A stretch of DNA of 64,000 nt, from NCBI GenBank assembly GCA_964016885.1, contig OZ024756.1, positions 3,100,001 to 3,164,000 on the forward strand, given 5' to 3'. The position numbers and the translations under genes were made by a program. Shown in pieces: positions 1-15,071 of this stretch. This DNA is from Eledone cirrhosa (lineage: Eukaryota). Each line of letters starts with the position of its first letter. Within the stretch, counting starts at the first letter, position 1. The notes under the pieces were generated by a model. That model had not been told where the DNA came from and made no database searches. It worked only from the letters and a program-made list of their open reading frames with translations.

Positions 1-29
1 TTTTTTTTCACTATTCTAACCCCAATAAG

Positions 30-382
30 TGTTTCTACTATTGACACAAGGCCAGCAATTGCCCAGTACATTACTGGTACTTTATTTCATCGACTCCCGT
101 AAGGATGAAAGTCAAAGTTAATCTTTGCGGGATTTGAACTGAGATCATAAAGGGCCACAACTCTATGCTGCAAATCATGTGCAACCCTCTACTCATACTG
201 CCAATTCACCAATGTTTTCTACTTGAGACACAAGGCCAGCAATTGCCCAGTACATTACTGGTACTTTATTTCATCGACCCCGTAAGGATTAAAGACAAAG
301 CTAACCTCGGCGGTATTTGAATTCAGAACGTAAAGGATCGTAACTCTATGCCGCAAAGCATGTTGTTCGACGCTCTACCGAT
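30..382 (-). mobile_element. Two tandem copies of tRNA-derived SINE (family S1)
   Basis: Reverse complement shows box B-like GAGTTCAAATCCC / GAATTCAAATACC followed by the body CTTTCATCCTTACGGGGTCGAT..AAAGTACCAGT that recurs over 20 times in the window. Confidence 0.85.
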
Positions 383-401
383 AATCTATAACTGTAATAT
401 T

Positions 402-850
402 GGCGGTGGATTTGTAGAGCGTCGAACAACATTCTTTACAGCATAGAGTTACTACCCTTTATGTTCTGAGTGCAAATCCCGCCGAGGTTAACTTTGTCTT
501 TCATCCTTACGGGATCGATAAAATATAGTACCAGTAATGCACTGGGGGCTCGATTTAATCCACTTTCCCCACCCCTACGAAAATTGTTGGCCTTGTGCGT
601 AAATCAGAAACCCTTATTATAACTATGATTAGGGTGGTGGATTAGCAGTATCGGCAGAGCATCGGACAACATGCTTTGTGGCGTAGAGTTATGGCCCTTT
701 ACGTTCTGAGTTCGAATCTCACCGAGATTAGCTTTGTCTTTCATCCTTAAAGTGTCAATAAAATAAAGTACCAGTCACACACAGGGGTCGATTTAATCGA
801 CTTTCTCCACTCCCCAAAATTACTGGCCTTGTGCCAAATGTAGAAATAAT
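402..850 (+). mobile_element. Two tandem copies of SINE S1, divergent from the preceding pair
   Basis: Heads ggcggtggatt (402) and gggtggtggatt (632), box B GAGTTCGAATCTC, same body, 3' end GGCCTTGTG..AGAAA. Confidence 0.85.
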
Positions 851-1098
851 AATTATTGTCAACTTTATCATCCTCATAACACTATTGCTGTTGTTGGTGT
901 TGTTATTGTTTTCTTGCTGTTGTTAGTGTTGTTGTATTTGTTGCTGTCGCTGTTGTTGTTGTACGTTGCCCGGGAAGGTGAAGATCATAAGCTGTTGAAG
1001 TATTGGTGATTCTGCATTAGGTTTGTTGTTGAACCTGTTGCGGTGAAGACTTCTGGTGTACTTCACTTCCGTACCACCTTTCTACTCATTCCTATCAG

Positions 1099-2690
1099 GT
1101 AGAGTTGGTCTCAGCTGGGACCACAAGGGGACTTCTGTCTGGGGTCTTCCGTATCCGGTAGAGTTGGTCTCAGCTGGGACCACAAGGGGACTTCTGTCTG
1201 GGGTCTTCCGTATCCGGTAGAGTTGGTCTCGGCTGGTACCACAAGGGGACTTCTGTCTGGGGTCTTCCGTATCCGGTAGAGTTGGCTATCAGCTGGGACC
1301 ACAAGGGGACTTCTGTCTGGGGTCTTCCGTATCCGGTAGAGTTGGTCTCAGCTAGGACCACAAGGGGACTTCTGTCTGGGGTCTTCCGTATCCGGTAGAG
1401 TTGGTCTCAGCTGGGACCACAAGGGGACTTCTGTCTGGGGTCTTCCGTATCCGGTAGAGTTGGTCTCAGCTGGGACCACAAGGGGACTTCTGTCTGGGGT
1501 CTTCCGTATCCGGTAGAGTTGGTCTCAGCTGGGACCACAAGGGGACTTCTGTCTGGGGTCTTCCGTATCCGGTAGAGTTGGTCTCAGCTGGTACCACAAG
1601 GGGACTTCTGTCTGGGGTCTTCCGTATCCGGTAGAGTTGGTCTCAGCTGGGACCACAAGGGGACTTCTGTCTGGGGTCTTCCGTATCCGGTAGAGTTGGT
1701 CTCAGCTGGGACCACAAGGGGACTTCTGTCTGGGGTCTTCCGTATCCGGTAGAGTTGGTCTCAGCTGGGACCACAAGGGGACTTCTGTCTGGGGTCTTCC
1801 GTATCCGGTAGAGTTGGTCTCAGCTGGGACCACAAGGGGACTTCTGTCTGGGGTCTTCCGTATCCGGTAGAGTTGGTCTCAGCTGGGACCACAAGGGGAC
1901 TTCTGTCTGGGGTCTTCCGTATCCGGTAGAGTTGGTCTCGGCTGGTACCACAAGGGGACTTCTGTCTGGGGTCTTCCGTATCCGGTAGAGTTGGTCTCAG
2001 CTGGGACCACAAGGGGACTTCTGTCTGGGGTCTTCCGTATCCGGTAGAGTTGGTCTCAGCTGGGACCACAAGGGGACTTCTGTCTGGGGTCTTCCGTATC
2101 CGGTAGAGTTGGTCTCGGCTGGTACCACAAGGGGACTTCTGTCTGGGGTCTTCCGTATCCGGTAGAGTTGGCTATCAGCTGGGACCACAAGGGGACTTCT
2201 GTCTGGGGTCTTCCGTATCCGGTAAAGTTGGTCTCAGCTGGGACCACAAGGGGACTTCTGTCTGGGGTCTTCCGTATCCGGTAGAGTTGGTCTCAGCTGG
2301 GACCACAAGGGGACTTCTGTCTGGGGTCTTCCGTATCCGGTAGAGTTGGTCTCAGCTGGGACCACAAGGGGACTTCTGTCTGGGGTCTTCCGTATCTGGT
2401 AGAGTTGGTCTCAGCTGGGACCACAAGGGGACTTCTCTCTGTGGTCTTCCGTATCCGGTAGAGTTGGCTATCAGCTGGGACCACAAGGGGACTTCTGTCT
2501 AGGGTCTTCCGTATCCGGTAGAGTTGGTCTCAGCTGGGACCACAAGGGGACTTCTGTCTGGGGTCTTCCGTATCCGGTATAGTTGGCTATCAGCTGGGAC
2601 CACAGGGGACGTCTGTCTAGGGGATTCCGTATCCGTTAGAGTCGGCTATCAGCTGGGACCACAAGGTAGCTCGTGGCTGGGGGATTCCCA
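1099..2690. repeat. 59-bp GC-rich minisatellite, about 27 copies
   Basis: Unit GTAGAGTTGGTCTCAGCTGGGACCACAAGGGGACTTCTGTCTGGGGTCTTCCGTATCCG at 1099, 1158, and onward; decays at the right end. Confidence 0.97.
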
Positions 2691-2704
2691 TATTGTCCGT
2701 GTTT

Positions 2705-3830
2705 GTATCAACGAATTCCAGAGGCCCCTCGCCGTCAGTTTCATCGATTTCTCCAAGGCATTCGATAGCATTCATCGACCGTCACTCTGGAGCATCATGC
2801 ATGAGTATGGTCTGCCCCAGAAAGTCATTTCGGCAATCAAACAGATTTACGCAAACTCCAAGTGCTGCATACGGACAGAGGATGGATACAGTGACTGGTT
2901 TGAGGTGGTTACTGGTGTGCGTCAGGGTTGCTCGCTCTCTCCAATTCTCTTTGCCATAGCCATTGACTGGGTACTAAGAAGAGCGTCTAAAGACCAGGGT
3001 ATATCTTGGGTGGGAGAGCAAAAGTTGTCTGACCTGGACTTTGCGGACGATATTGTTGCCCTTGCAGAGAGCACAGCTGACCTGCAAATCATTATGAACA
3101 ATATCAATGTCGAAGCAGGAAGCTTAGGTCTCAATATCAGTGCTAAGAAGACCAAAAGCATGTTATCTGGGGGACACCCACCACCAACCAGTGTCTTCAT
3201 TGAACAGGGGGAGGTGGAGATAGTGGACAACTTCACCTACCTAGGAAGCTCCATTGACAATGGGGGCGCCATGGACAGTGAATTGCAATGTAGAATGGGA
3301 ATGGCTTCAGCAGCATTTAACCAGCTTGTCAAGATCTAGAAGAGCAGGAAGTTCACCCTCAAAACAAAGATGATATTCTACAACAGCAACGTGCTGTCCA
3401 CACTCTTGTACTTAAGACCAGCCAAAAGAAGAAGTTGGACGCATTCGATTCCAGGTGTCTGCGAAAGATCCTGGGGATTAAATGGAGTGACCATGTAACA
3501 AACCAGGAAGTCAGGAACCGCACCAACCAGCAGCTAGTCTCTTCTGCCATCTGCAAGCGACGCCTGGGCTGGTTTGGGCACGCTTTGAGACTTCCCCCGG
3601 AGAGACTGGTGAACCAAGTACTTAAATGGAACCCACAGGGAAGCAGACGGAGAGGCGACCCAAAATGAACTGGCGCCAGACAGTTGAGAGGGACCTGCGA
3701 GCGACAAACAGAAAATGTCGGGACGCTGTGCAACTAGCTGCTGACCGAACGCGGTGGAACACTATGATTGCCTCAGCGTCTGAGTTGTATCATTAGGGAA
3801 GCGTTGGTATAAGTTGCTGATATCTGCAAG
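2705..3830 (+). mobile_element. 5'-truncated RTE-type LINE, reverse transcriptase pseudogene
   Basis: Motifs FIDFSKAFDSI, GVRQGCSLSPILF, LDFADDI, FTYLGS, then RRLGWFGHALR; premature stop at 3337-3339 and a frame disruption. Confidence 0.92.
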
Positions 3831-3835
3831 ATCTT

Positions 3836-3963
<128 letters not shown>

Positions 3964-3978
3964 AGTTATATATAAGTA

Positions 3979-4165
3979 CGAGGGTCGGTGGGAAAGTCCA
4001 TAGTCTGACTATGAAGGAATGATGTTAAAGCTGTGAAATATTTCAACTCTTCTTATTCATAACTGCATTGCTTCTTTCCTGGGACTATGCTGAAAAATAA
4101 ACCCCATGTGGTCATTCCATGAGAGTATCTTGGTCAGCCTATATATATTTGTCAGCCGACCCTTG
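3979..4165. mobile_element. Tc1/mariner-type MITE
   Basis: TA|CGAGGGTCGG ... CCGACCCTTG|TA terminal inverted repeats with TA duplication. Confidence 0.65.
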
Positions 4166-4399
4166 TACAAAGTAACAATCTGGGGTGACGGATGCGGGGA
4201 GGGGTGTCGATTAGAAAAATCAATTTAAATAAAAATGTTCCATTGTAAAGAAATGTTTATGAATCATCGATCTCGTTTGATCCGTGTATAGTTTCATTTT
4301 AATTTGCACCTATGTCTAACTTGTGTTTCATGTATCGGTGGCTGGATACCAGTAATGTACTGAGGTTGGTTCAATTATAACCTTGGGGTGCCAGTGTAG

Positions 4400-4908
4400 G
4401 AAAAGAGAGAGAAAAGGTGAGAGAGAGGAGGGGAGAGAGAGGGGGAGAGGGGGGAGAGGGAGAGATGGATGAGGGGGGAGAGAGATAGGGGGGGTAGAGA
4501 GAGAGGAGGGGAGAGAGAAGAGGGGAGAGACAGGGGGTGAGAGAGAGGAGGGGAGAGAGGAGGGTGAGAGAGAAAGGGTGAGAGAGAAAAAGGGGAGATG
4601 GGGCGGTGAGAGAGAGGAGGGGAGAGAGAGAAGCAGACAGACAGAAATACAGACATGCACATGTACATATAGTTACAGATATACATGTAGAGACCCTGGG
4701 GATAGAGATATGCTGAGAGGGGGGGGGAGAGGGAGAAGGGGAGAGAGTGGGAGAGAGAGAGGGAGAAAGGTAGATGGACAGAAGAGAGAGAGAGTGAGGG
4801 AGAGAGAGGGAGAGAGAGGGAGAGAGAGAGGGAGAAAGTTAGATGGACAGAAGAGAGAGAGAGAGTGAGGGAGAGAGGGGAGAGAGAGGAGGAAGTTAGA
4901 TGGACAGA

Positions 4909-4980
<72 letters not shown>

Positions 4981-5027
4981 TGGGGGAGAGAGAGGGAGAG
5001 AGAGAGGGAGAAAGTTAGATGGACAGA

Positions 5028-5071
<44 letters not shown>

Positions 5072-5153
5072 GAGGGAGAAAGAGAGAGAGAGAGAGAGAG
5101 AGGGAGAGAGGGGGATAGAGAGGGGAGAGAGAGAGGGAGAAAGTTAGATGGAC

Positions 5154-5189
<36 letters not shown>

Positions 5190-7135
5190 GAGGGGGGGGG
5201 GGAGAAAGGTAGATGGACAGAAAAAGAGAGAGAGAGGCAGACAAAGAGTTATATATACTGGTGGTGGTGATGGTGGTGATGGTGGTGATGGTGGTGGTGA
5301 TGGTGATGGTGATGGCGGTGTTGGTGCTGATGGTGGTGGTGATGGTGGTGGTGATGGTGGTGATGGTAGTGGTGATAGTGGTGATGGTGGTGATGGTGGT
5401 GGTGATGGTGGTGATGGTGGTGGTGATGGTGGTGGTGATGGTGGTGATGGTGGTGGTGATTGTGGTGATGGTGGTGATGGTGGTGGTGATTGGTGGTGAT
5501 GGTGGTGGTGATGGTGGTTGTGATGATGGTGGTGGTGGTGATGGTGGTTTTGATGGTGGTGGGTGGTGGTGATGGTGGTTGTGATGGTGGTGATGGTGGT
5601 GGTGATGGTGGTTGTGATGATGGGTGGTGGTGGTGATGGTGGTTGTGATGATGGTGGTGGTGGTGATGGTGGTTGTGATGATGGTGGTGGTGGTGATGGT
5701 GGTTGTGATGATGGTGGTGGTGATAGTGGTGATGGTGGTGATGGTGGTGGTGATTGGTGGTGATGGTGGTGGTGATGGTGGTGGTGATGGTGGTGATGGT
5801 GGTGGTGATTGTGGTGATGGTGGTGATGGTGGTGGTGATGGTGGTGATGGTGGTGGTGATGGTGGTTGTGATGATGGTGGTGGTGGTGATGGTGGTTTTG
5901 ATGGTGGTGGTGGTGGTGATGGTGGTTGTGATGGTGGTGATGGTGGTGGTGATGGTGGTTGTGATGATGGTGGTGGTGGTGTTGGTGGTTGTGATGATGG
6001 TGGTGGTGGTGATGGTGGTTGTGATGGTGGTTGTGATGATGGTGGTGGTGGTGGTGATGGTGGTGGTGATGGTGGTGCAGTTGTTTGTGTTTTACACAGA
6101 CTCAGTTCCAATACTTTATCTTACTAATAGAGTTATTGCCATGTAGTCACTACATAGATCTACTATGTCCTGCCCCGCTACACCCCTACATACCTTACAC
6201 CCTCTACACCCCCGCACCCTTACACCCCCTACAACCCCTACATCCCTCTACATCCCCTACACCCCCTACACCCCTACACACCTTACACCCCCTACACCCC
6301 CTACACCCCTACACCCCTACACCCCCTGCAATCGCTTACACCCCCTACCCCGTTAAACCCCCTACACCGCCTACACCCCTACACACCACCATTACCCTCT
6401 CCCACCCGGCGACCACCCCACCCGACCAGCTGACATCACTCTCCTTTCTTCTCTACCTTTCATTCTTTAGTTATTTCACCTGACAGTTTAATGTTTTTAC
6501 AATACACCTGTCGAATCCGCCTTCCCAGCATGCTTACTGCTGTTGCAACTGTCTTCTCTCACCCCCCTCTCTCTCTCACAACCTCGCTCTCTCACACCCC
6601 TTTCTCTCTCTCACCTTCTCTCTCACACCCTCTCTCTCTCACCTTCTCTCTCACACCCTCTCTCTCTCGCCTTCTCTCTCACATCCCTCCCCCTCTCGCC
6701 TTCTCTCTCTCTCTCACTCTCTCTCACTGCTCACTCTCACCGCTCTCTCTCGCCTTCACTCTCTCTCACTCTCTCTCACCGCTCTCTTGCTATCTCTCTC
6801 TCTCTCTGACCCAGCCTCTCTCTCTCATTCTCTCTTACCCACCATCTCTTGTTCTCTCTCCCACACACACATACACACTCTCACTCTCTCTCACTCAGTC
6901 TCTCTCACTCACTCACTCCCTCTCTTTCTCTCTCACCCACCTCGTCTCTCTGTCATTCTCTCGCACTCACTCACTCTCTCACTCAATCACACACATACAT
7001 TCTATTTCTCTCTCTCTCTCTCTGTCCCAGCCTCCCTCTCTCATTCTCTCTCACCCACACTCCCTCTCTCTCTCACACACACTCTCTCTCCCTCTCACCC
7101 CCTCTCTCTCACCCCCACACTCTCTCTCTCTCTCG
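4400..7135. repeat. Low-complexity block: (GA)n-rich, (GGT/GAT)n at 5260-6077, (CCCCTACA)-like at 6175-6385, (CT)n-rich
   Basis: Directly visible simple repeats that generate the spurious long ORFs. Confidence 0.95.
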
Positions 7136-7226
7136 ACATTGCAACAGACAACAATATAACTGTTTCTACATTAGGCACAAGGCCACCAATTATCCCAGTG
7201 TTTTTTTGTTAATTTTAAATTTGTTT

Positions 7227-7835
7227 AATTATAATCATACACAAGGTGGACAGGTTATAAGGATTTAGCTCAACCGGGGGGAGCCGTAGAAATACTTAGG
7301 TTAATAGGAGTTAGGTATTGTATACCCGTGTCCCATTAAGGTATTGGCAGCATAATAATTAGCTCTATGCTTTGGAGCAGAGCCGTATATATGATAAAGA
7401 ACACAAGAGCGTCTACAACATCAAAATATTTTTATTGGCTTACAATGTTTCTTCCTTACGTAACCGTAGGATTCGTCAGAGCTATAAAAGGGGTTTGATT
7501 AGTGTTATAGACTCTACCAACCAAACATTCAAGAACAAAGAGTAAAGAGAGTAAAGAGCAAAAGCAGGGGACAACAAAGAGTAAAGAGAGTAAAGAGCAA
7601 AAGCAGGGGACGATTGACACTAGCTATCAGTAATTTCTCATAAGTAGTCCTGGATGGGGTTGGGATGTTCTTGAGTGATATAGGTAGGTAGTCTTTAGTT
7701 AGCATGCTGCCAATCAATTATAATCATACACACAAGGTGGACAGGTTATAAGGATTTAGCTCAACCGGGGGGAGCCGTAGAAATACTTAGGTTAATAGGA
7801 GTTAGGTATTGTATACCCGTGTCCCATTAAGGTAT
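7227..7835 (-). mobile_element. 491-bp terminally redundant non-coding element carrying a hammerhead (PLE pLTR or retrozyme-like)
   Basis: About 115 bp starting at 7227 is repeated 491 bp downstream; HHR at 7438-7482 followed by AATAAA on the minus strand. Confidence 0.7.
7438..7482 (-). ncRNA. Type I hammerhead ribozyme motif
   Basis: Minus strand GCT-CTGACGA-ATCCTACGGTTACGTAAGGAA-GAAA-CATTGT-A-AGC; stem I is only 3 bp. Confidence 0.75.
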
Positions 7836-7850
7836 ATATAAATATATATA

Positions 7851-8710
7851 TACAATATGTTGAAAAGGTAACACACTAGAGAGAGATAGTGCGCCATCAA
7901 TAAAACAGGGAAAAACCACCAGTGTATGGAATCTATAACCTATGAAAGGTAGGGTAGACTCACAATAATTAAAAATATAAATTAAAATGTATATACGCCC
8001 CTCTATAATTATATAACACACGCGTACAAATCTAAAGAGATGTGTTTCGCCAAGAGTTGTTGACTGAAATGGAATAACCCATGGTTCATCAGCGTGAGTA
8101 AGGCTATACATTCCAGACAACTCTAAGAGAATCTAAAGCGACTGTCCAGCTACACGCGGGAGAGAGATGTCACAGCGTGTTTAGGGCAGTGAACCAGTGG
8201 TGTATGAGGGACGAGCTGCTAGAAAGGGCAGCCCAAAACCATTCAGAGAAGTGTGCTCAACCAAACAGAGAGAGGAAAGACTGTTATAAGGAGCGAAATA
8301 TCACGATAAATTAACGGAGCCATAGACTCTCGCTATTCCCTGTCAATAATGTTCTCAAAGGAGAAGGAATCCTGAGCACTTTAAAATACAATATGTTGAA
8401 AAGGTAACACACTAGAGAGAGATAGTGCGCCATCAATAAAACAGGGAAAAACCACCAGTGTGTGGAATCTACAACCTAGAGGTTATAGAGGGGCGTATAT
8501 ACATTTTAATTTATATTTTAAATTATTGTGTGTCTACACAGCCTTCCATAGATTATAGATTCCATACACTGGTGGTTTTTACCTGTTTTATTGGTGGCGC
8601 ACTATCTCTCTCTAGTGTGTTACCTTTTCAACATATTGTATTTTAAAGAGCTCAGGATTCCTTCTCCTTTGAGAACATTATTGACAGGGAATAGCGAGAG
8701 TCTATGGCTA
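7851..8710 (-). mobile_element. 536-bp HHR-bearing unit with terminal redundancy and an inverted segment
   Basis: Sequence at 7851 repeats at 8387; 8481-8710 is an inverted copy. HHR at 8019-8098 (minus): CTGATGA-ACCA..TGGC-GAAA-CACATCTCTTTAGATTTGT-A, with imperfect stem I. Confidence 0.65.
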
Positions 8711-8749
8711 TATATTTGTCCATACGTGTATACATATATATATATATAT

Positions 8750-8949
8750 AGTTTTAATATAGATGAGATTCTACAGGACTAGAACTGTTTCATTCTTTAG
8801 AAATCATCAGGAATCAGGGATTCCTGATGATTTCTAAAGAATGAAACAGTTCTAGTCCTGTAGAATCTCATCTATATTAAAACTTTTATACTCTGCAATG
8901 TATTGAGTACCTTACTGTGGTTACCTCCGACTCAACCCGGAATAACGTA

Positions 8950-8952
<3 letters not shown>
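8750..8952. mobile_element. Fold-back element with two head-to-head hammerheads (8767-8815 minus, 8819-8867 plus)
   Basis: GATTC-CTGATGA-TTTCTAAAGAAT-GAAA-CAGTTCTAGTCCTGT-A-GAATC on both strands; palindrome 8750-8884; flanked by (TA)n. Confidence 0.85.
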
Positions 8953-8989
<37 letters not shown>

Positions 8990-8997
8990 TATATATG

Positions 8998-9029
<32 letters not shown>

Positions 9030-10194
9030 TGTATGTATGTATGTATGTGTTTGTATATATACATATATATATACATACTTTCAACGTATATATATATGGC
9101 TGCTCTCAAAGAACCGTCAACTAGCTTTCCTATATTGGTCCACCATAACGTATTTAAGACATATATATCTGTGCGTGTGAGGTGTGAGTGTGTGTGTATG
9201 AGTGTTTGTGTGTGTGAGTGTGTGTGAGTGTGTGTGTGTATATAGCCATGTCTCATGCACCAGGCTAGCTGTATTAATATAATGATATTTGATACATTCT
9301 ATACATCACATCTGGCATTGACTAAACTCACTAGGGTTTATATGGCACATCTGTTGTAGATATGCTGCACTTGTATCTGCCATTACTACATCTGGCTGTG
9401 TATAAATTCGAGCTTTCCTACAAGTCCTTTATATGTGGTATCATATATAAATTCCTTAAGCATATCTGCACATCTGACATTCATAAACCCGGCTTATATC
9501 TGGTTATATCTAGCATCTGTTCATATTGCTAAGTTGACATTTGCAAACATGACACATTACATCTGGTTTCTATACATTTATGCACTCGTCATCTTTCATC
9601 TGGTAACTGCATGTATATCATGTTGCTCAAAGCTACACGTACATGAAATCTATGTGGTATATCTATCGATCTTTATAAAACTTACATTATATGTCTGACA
9701 TCAAGTGAAATGTCCTCACCCATATATTTGACATCTGTAAATGTAGTATACTATATATGGTTATATCACAATTCATTTCTAGGAAATTCATTCTTTTCAG
9801 GTCTCAGACATCTCATAATATCCCCAGATGTATTGCAGTGTTTTCAGATTGTTGTGCGTCGTACGGCCATATACTCCGATGTATTTAGTGCGGGCTTTTG
9901 CTGAAGCTCCCTCTACAGACACCCGTTGATAATGGATGATTCATCCGAAATAGTTGGGGAATAATAAATTGCTAAGGTAAGTTTCAATCACTCGTACTTT
10001 CTTTTATTTTGGTTTATTACCTTGATAATTGTTTCTACTTTTGGCACAAGGCCATCAATTATCCAGTACATTACTGGTACTTTATTTTATCGACCTCGTA
10101 AGGATGAAAGGCAAAGTTAACCTCGGCGGGATTTGAACTCAGACCGCAAAGGGACTAACCTACTTACATTGCACGTCTTATATAAACGGACTTT

Positions 10195-10285
<91 letters not shown>

Positions 10286-10520
10286 CTATATGTATGTTGT
10301 AGGGTTGCAGGTAAATGAGTCCGGAGGCGGTATGCGGGTTGAGCACTCGATGCTCACGCAGAGCAGAGTATATTATTATAGATAATGAGGAATCAGTGTT
10401 GCATCAAAACACAGTTTATTAACATTACAGAACATATTACATATGTTTCCCTGTCGATCAGCTCAAGGCAAGAACTGTTACAGATTGAACCTGTCTCTGA
10501 ATACGAAGGTTACTCATATA

Positions 10521-11087
<567 letters not shown>

Positions 11088-11100
11088 ATATGTGTGTGTG

Positions 11101-11135
<35 letters not shown>

Positions 11136-11159
11136 GTATATACATAAATATATATATAC

Positions 11160-11237
<78 letters not shown>

Positions 11238-11662
11238 ATATATATATATATGTGTATATATATATATATGTGTGTATATATATATACATGTGTGTGTGTG
11301 TGTACGAGTGTGTGTGTGTGTGTGTATCTATTATTGGGAACTAATGCAGCTTTCACTATAAACATTAATCATCTGGTTTGATGATTAAATGGCACCTATG
11401 GCTTCAAACTACCGTAAATATATGTATGTCAGAGAGAGAGAGAGAGACGAGAGGGGGAGGAGAGAGAACGAGGAGGACAGAATTAAAATAAAATAGAAAC
11501 GCAAAGAAATTGCTACGATTTATTTGTCACTAAATATTATATATTATCATGTACCAGTAATACACTGATAAATGGTTGGCCTTGTGCCAATAGTAGAAAC
11601 AATTATCATTTGGTAGCATTCAGTTTATTTTCATTTCCATAGTATTGAGTGCATCTACGTAC

Positions 11663-11817
11663 ATTCAAGACACAACAATACACCAGTATATAACATAGGG
11701 AAATATTTCATCCACGGAGTACGAACATGGATTACGTCCCTTTTGTAGAACTCATTTATTGGACAAACATCCATTATTTTTCTGTAGAGTGTAACTTCAG
11801 ATCCGAGATTTGGTGAT
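11663..11817 (-). CDS. Candidate host-gene exon, unknown protein (SPNLGSEVTLYRKIMDVCPINEFYKRDVIHVRTPWMKYFPMLYTGVLLCLE)
   Basis: Strong acceptor TTTTTTTCTCTCTCTTCCAG, one open frame across 155 nt, donor-like GTACGT; not repeated in the window; no recognised homology. Confidence 0.33.
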
Positions 11818-11870
11818 CTGGAAGAGAGAGAAAAAAATCATTCATAAACTACATAATCCTTAACAGTCAA

Positions 11871-12310
11871 CATCATCATCATCATCTTCATCATTTTACG
11901 TCCGCTTTTCCATGCTTGCAAGGGTTGGACGAGTCCTATTCAGCACAGCATCTCTCTACTTGTCACCGTCCTTCGTCATCTCCCCCGTGAGTTTAAGCAA
12001 TCTGAAGTCTGCTCTCACCATCTCTGCCCATGATTTTCCTGATCTACCTCTACTGCGTCTTCCTACTACTGGGATTTCTTGGCACTTCTTTACCCAGCGG
12101 TCATCCTCCATACGCATCACATGTCCATATCATCTCAGTCTTCTCTCCCGCACACCACAACTTATCCTTCTTATACACAGTTTCTCTCTCAACTCATCCA
12201 TGCTTGGTCGTTCTCGCACATTGACATTACACATCCAACAGAGACTGCTTGTTTCATTTCTCTTCAGCCATCGCACATCCTCCATAGTTGCTGCCCATCA
12301 GCTTCTATAT
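11871..12310 (-). mobile_element. 3' end of an RTE-type LINE
   Basis: Minus strand reads LR*YGHVMRMEDD...RRSRGRSGKSWAEMVRADF and ends in a (GAT)n tail. Confidence 0.75.
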
Positions 12311-13294
12311 TGAATATACGGAGAAATGCCTTCTGTATTTTATCACCGGGGCCGCGGGCAGCCATCGCATTGGGCCCCATTTTCTTATAATAATGAGAGA
12401 TGGGGAGGGCGAGAGAGACGGGGGCAGTGACAGTGGGAGTTTGGTTCTTTTATGTTGAGTCCTTGTTAGAAATTTCTTGTTTCAGTGTGTGTGTAGGTGC
12501 ACACACACACACATGCTCACACACACACACATACACACACAAACACAGACACAAACCCACACACACGTACACACTCACATACAGACACAAACCCACACAC
12601 ACGTACACACTCACATACAGACACACACACACTCTTATACACACACACACACCGACACACATACACAAACTCACACACACAAACACAGACATACACACAC
12701 ACACACACACATACACATACACACAATGTTACCATTGAATTTTTCTTAAATTGTAACTACGTAGTTAACAGGCTGGCTTCGCAATCAGCTGGCTCCGAGT
12801 TCGATCCCGAAGTAAGGCACCTTAGGCAGGGTTCCATTACTAGATGCTTAGAGGGTGCGATTAGAGAGTTTTTGGTCATAGGTGTGCTTATTCGGCGCTG
12901 GACTTGGGCTAAGCAACATAAACGATACCACTATGACACACACACACACATGCAAACGCACACGCACACGCACACGCACACACATACACACACATACACA
13001 CACATATATATATTGTAACGTCCAATTAATGTAGATCCACCAGAGTGAGCACCCGATACCTAGTTTCCATAGAGGTGTAGTACTAATCAGAGTGTAATAG
13101 TAGAAATAATAAAAAAAGGACTATTTGTTATGTCTTCATTACGTGGTCATTATCACAACTGAGGTCCGACGAGCTTTTGATTCCAGATTCGGGTTAGATC
13201 GATACAGATTCAACCATGAGCTGATCAATAGCGAAACGCGCGTGACGTCACTACTCAATAAATGTAATGAAGACATAACAAACCGTCCTTTTTG

Positions 13295-13334
<40 letters not shown>

Positions 13335-13413
13335 TATTTTCCGTTGTGTTGTAACTGTTATAGAAACACGTGTCAATAAATTCCTTTCAACTAAACTGTA
13401 CCCATTCAAGTCT

Positions 13414-13451
<38 letters not shown>

Positions 13452-13723
13452 GGCGCGCGCATGTGTGTGTGTATACATATATATATATATACATGATGGC
13501 TGTAAACTCTACTAAGAGTATTGCAATCGCTTGTCAGATTATAGAAAATGGTGCACTTTTAGGCTACGGCCAGCCACACAAACCTGTAACATATCCTGAA
13601 CAAGCATTGCCTGTGCATTGAAGGTTTTTTTAAGTGTAGAAAGGCCTAGAACTCGACCAATCGCACTCTCTGAGCATCGAAAACACTACCCGAAAAGGAG
13701 AACTGGTCAAATGTATGTATATA

Positions 13724-14615
<892 letters not shown>

Positions 14616-14810
14616 TATATATTACTATCTCAACTGTATATCTAGTGCTCTCTAGTGTTGTTGATGTTGATACTATTGTTACTGTTGTCTGTTGTTAGGG
14701 TCAAATGATCCCTGGTTTATCTGCTAGAAGGTATAAAGTATCGTAAACCACCACACACACACTACTACTCCACTTCTCTTATCAATAGCATCTTTACAAG
14801 AAGCTGAGTG

Positions 14811-14902
<92 letters not shown>

Positions 14903-15035
14903 TATACATAGATATATATATACATACATATACACGCACATAATGACACAGACACACCATCACACACACACACACACACATATATATATACACACACACA
15001 GATATGAAAGAGAAAGAGAGGGAGAGAGCAAGCGA

Positions 15036-15071
<36 letters not shown>

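Noticed and set aside
402-500. tRNA genes suggested by box A and box B motifs
   Set aside because: No cloverleaf; the motifs are heads of multi-copy SINEs.
1099-2690. CRISPR-like regular array
   Set aside because: Units are contiguous and near-identical with no unique spacers; no cas genes; eukaryotic context.
4375-6146. 578-aa Pro/Thr/Ser-rich ORF resembling extensin or mucin
   Set aside because: Translation of (GGT/GAT)n and (GA)n simple repeats, open in several frames on both strands.
13160-13250. Active hammerhead (TGAGGT-CCGACGA..GAAACGCGCGT-G)
   Set aside because: U4C change and G at the cleavage position; counted only as a degenerate relic.
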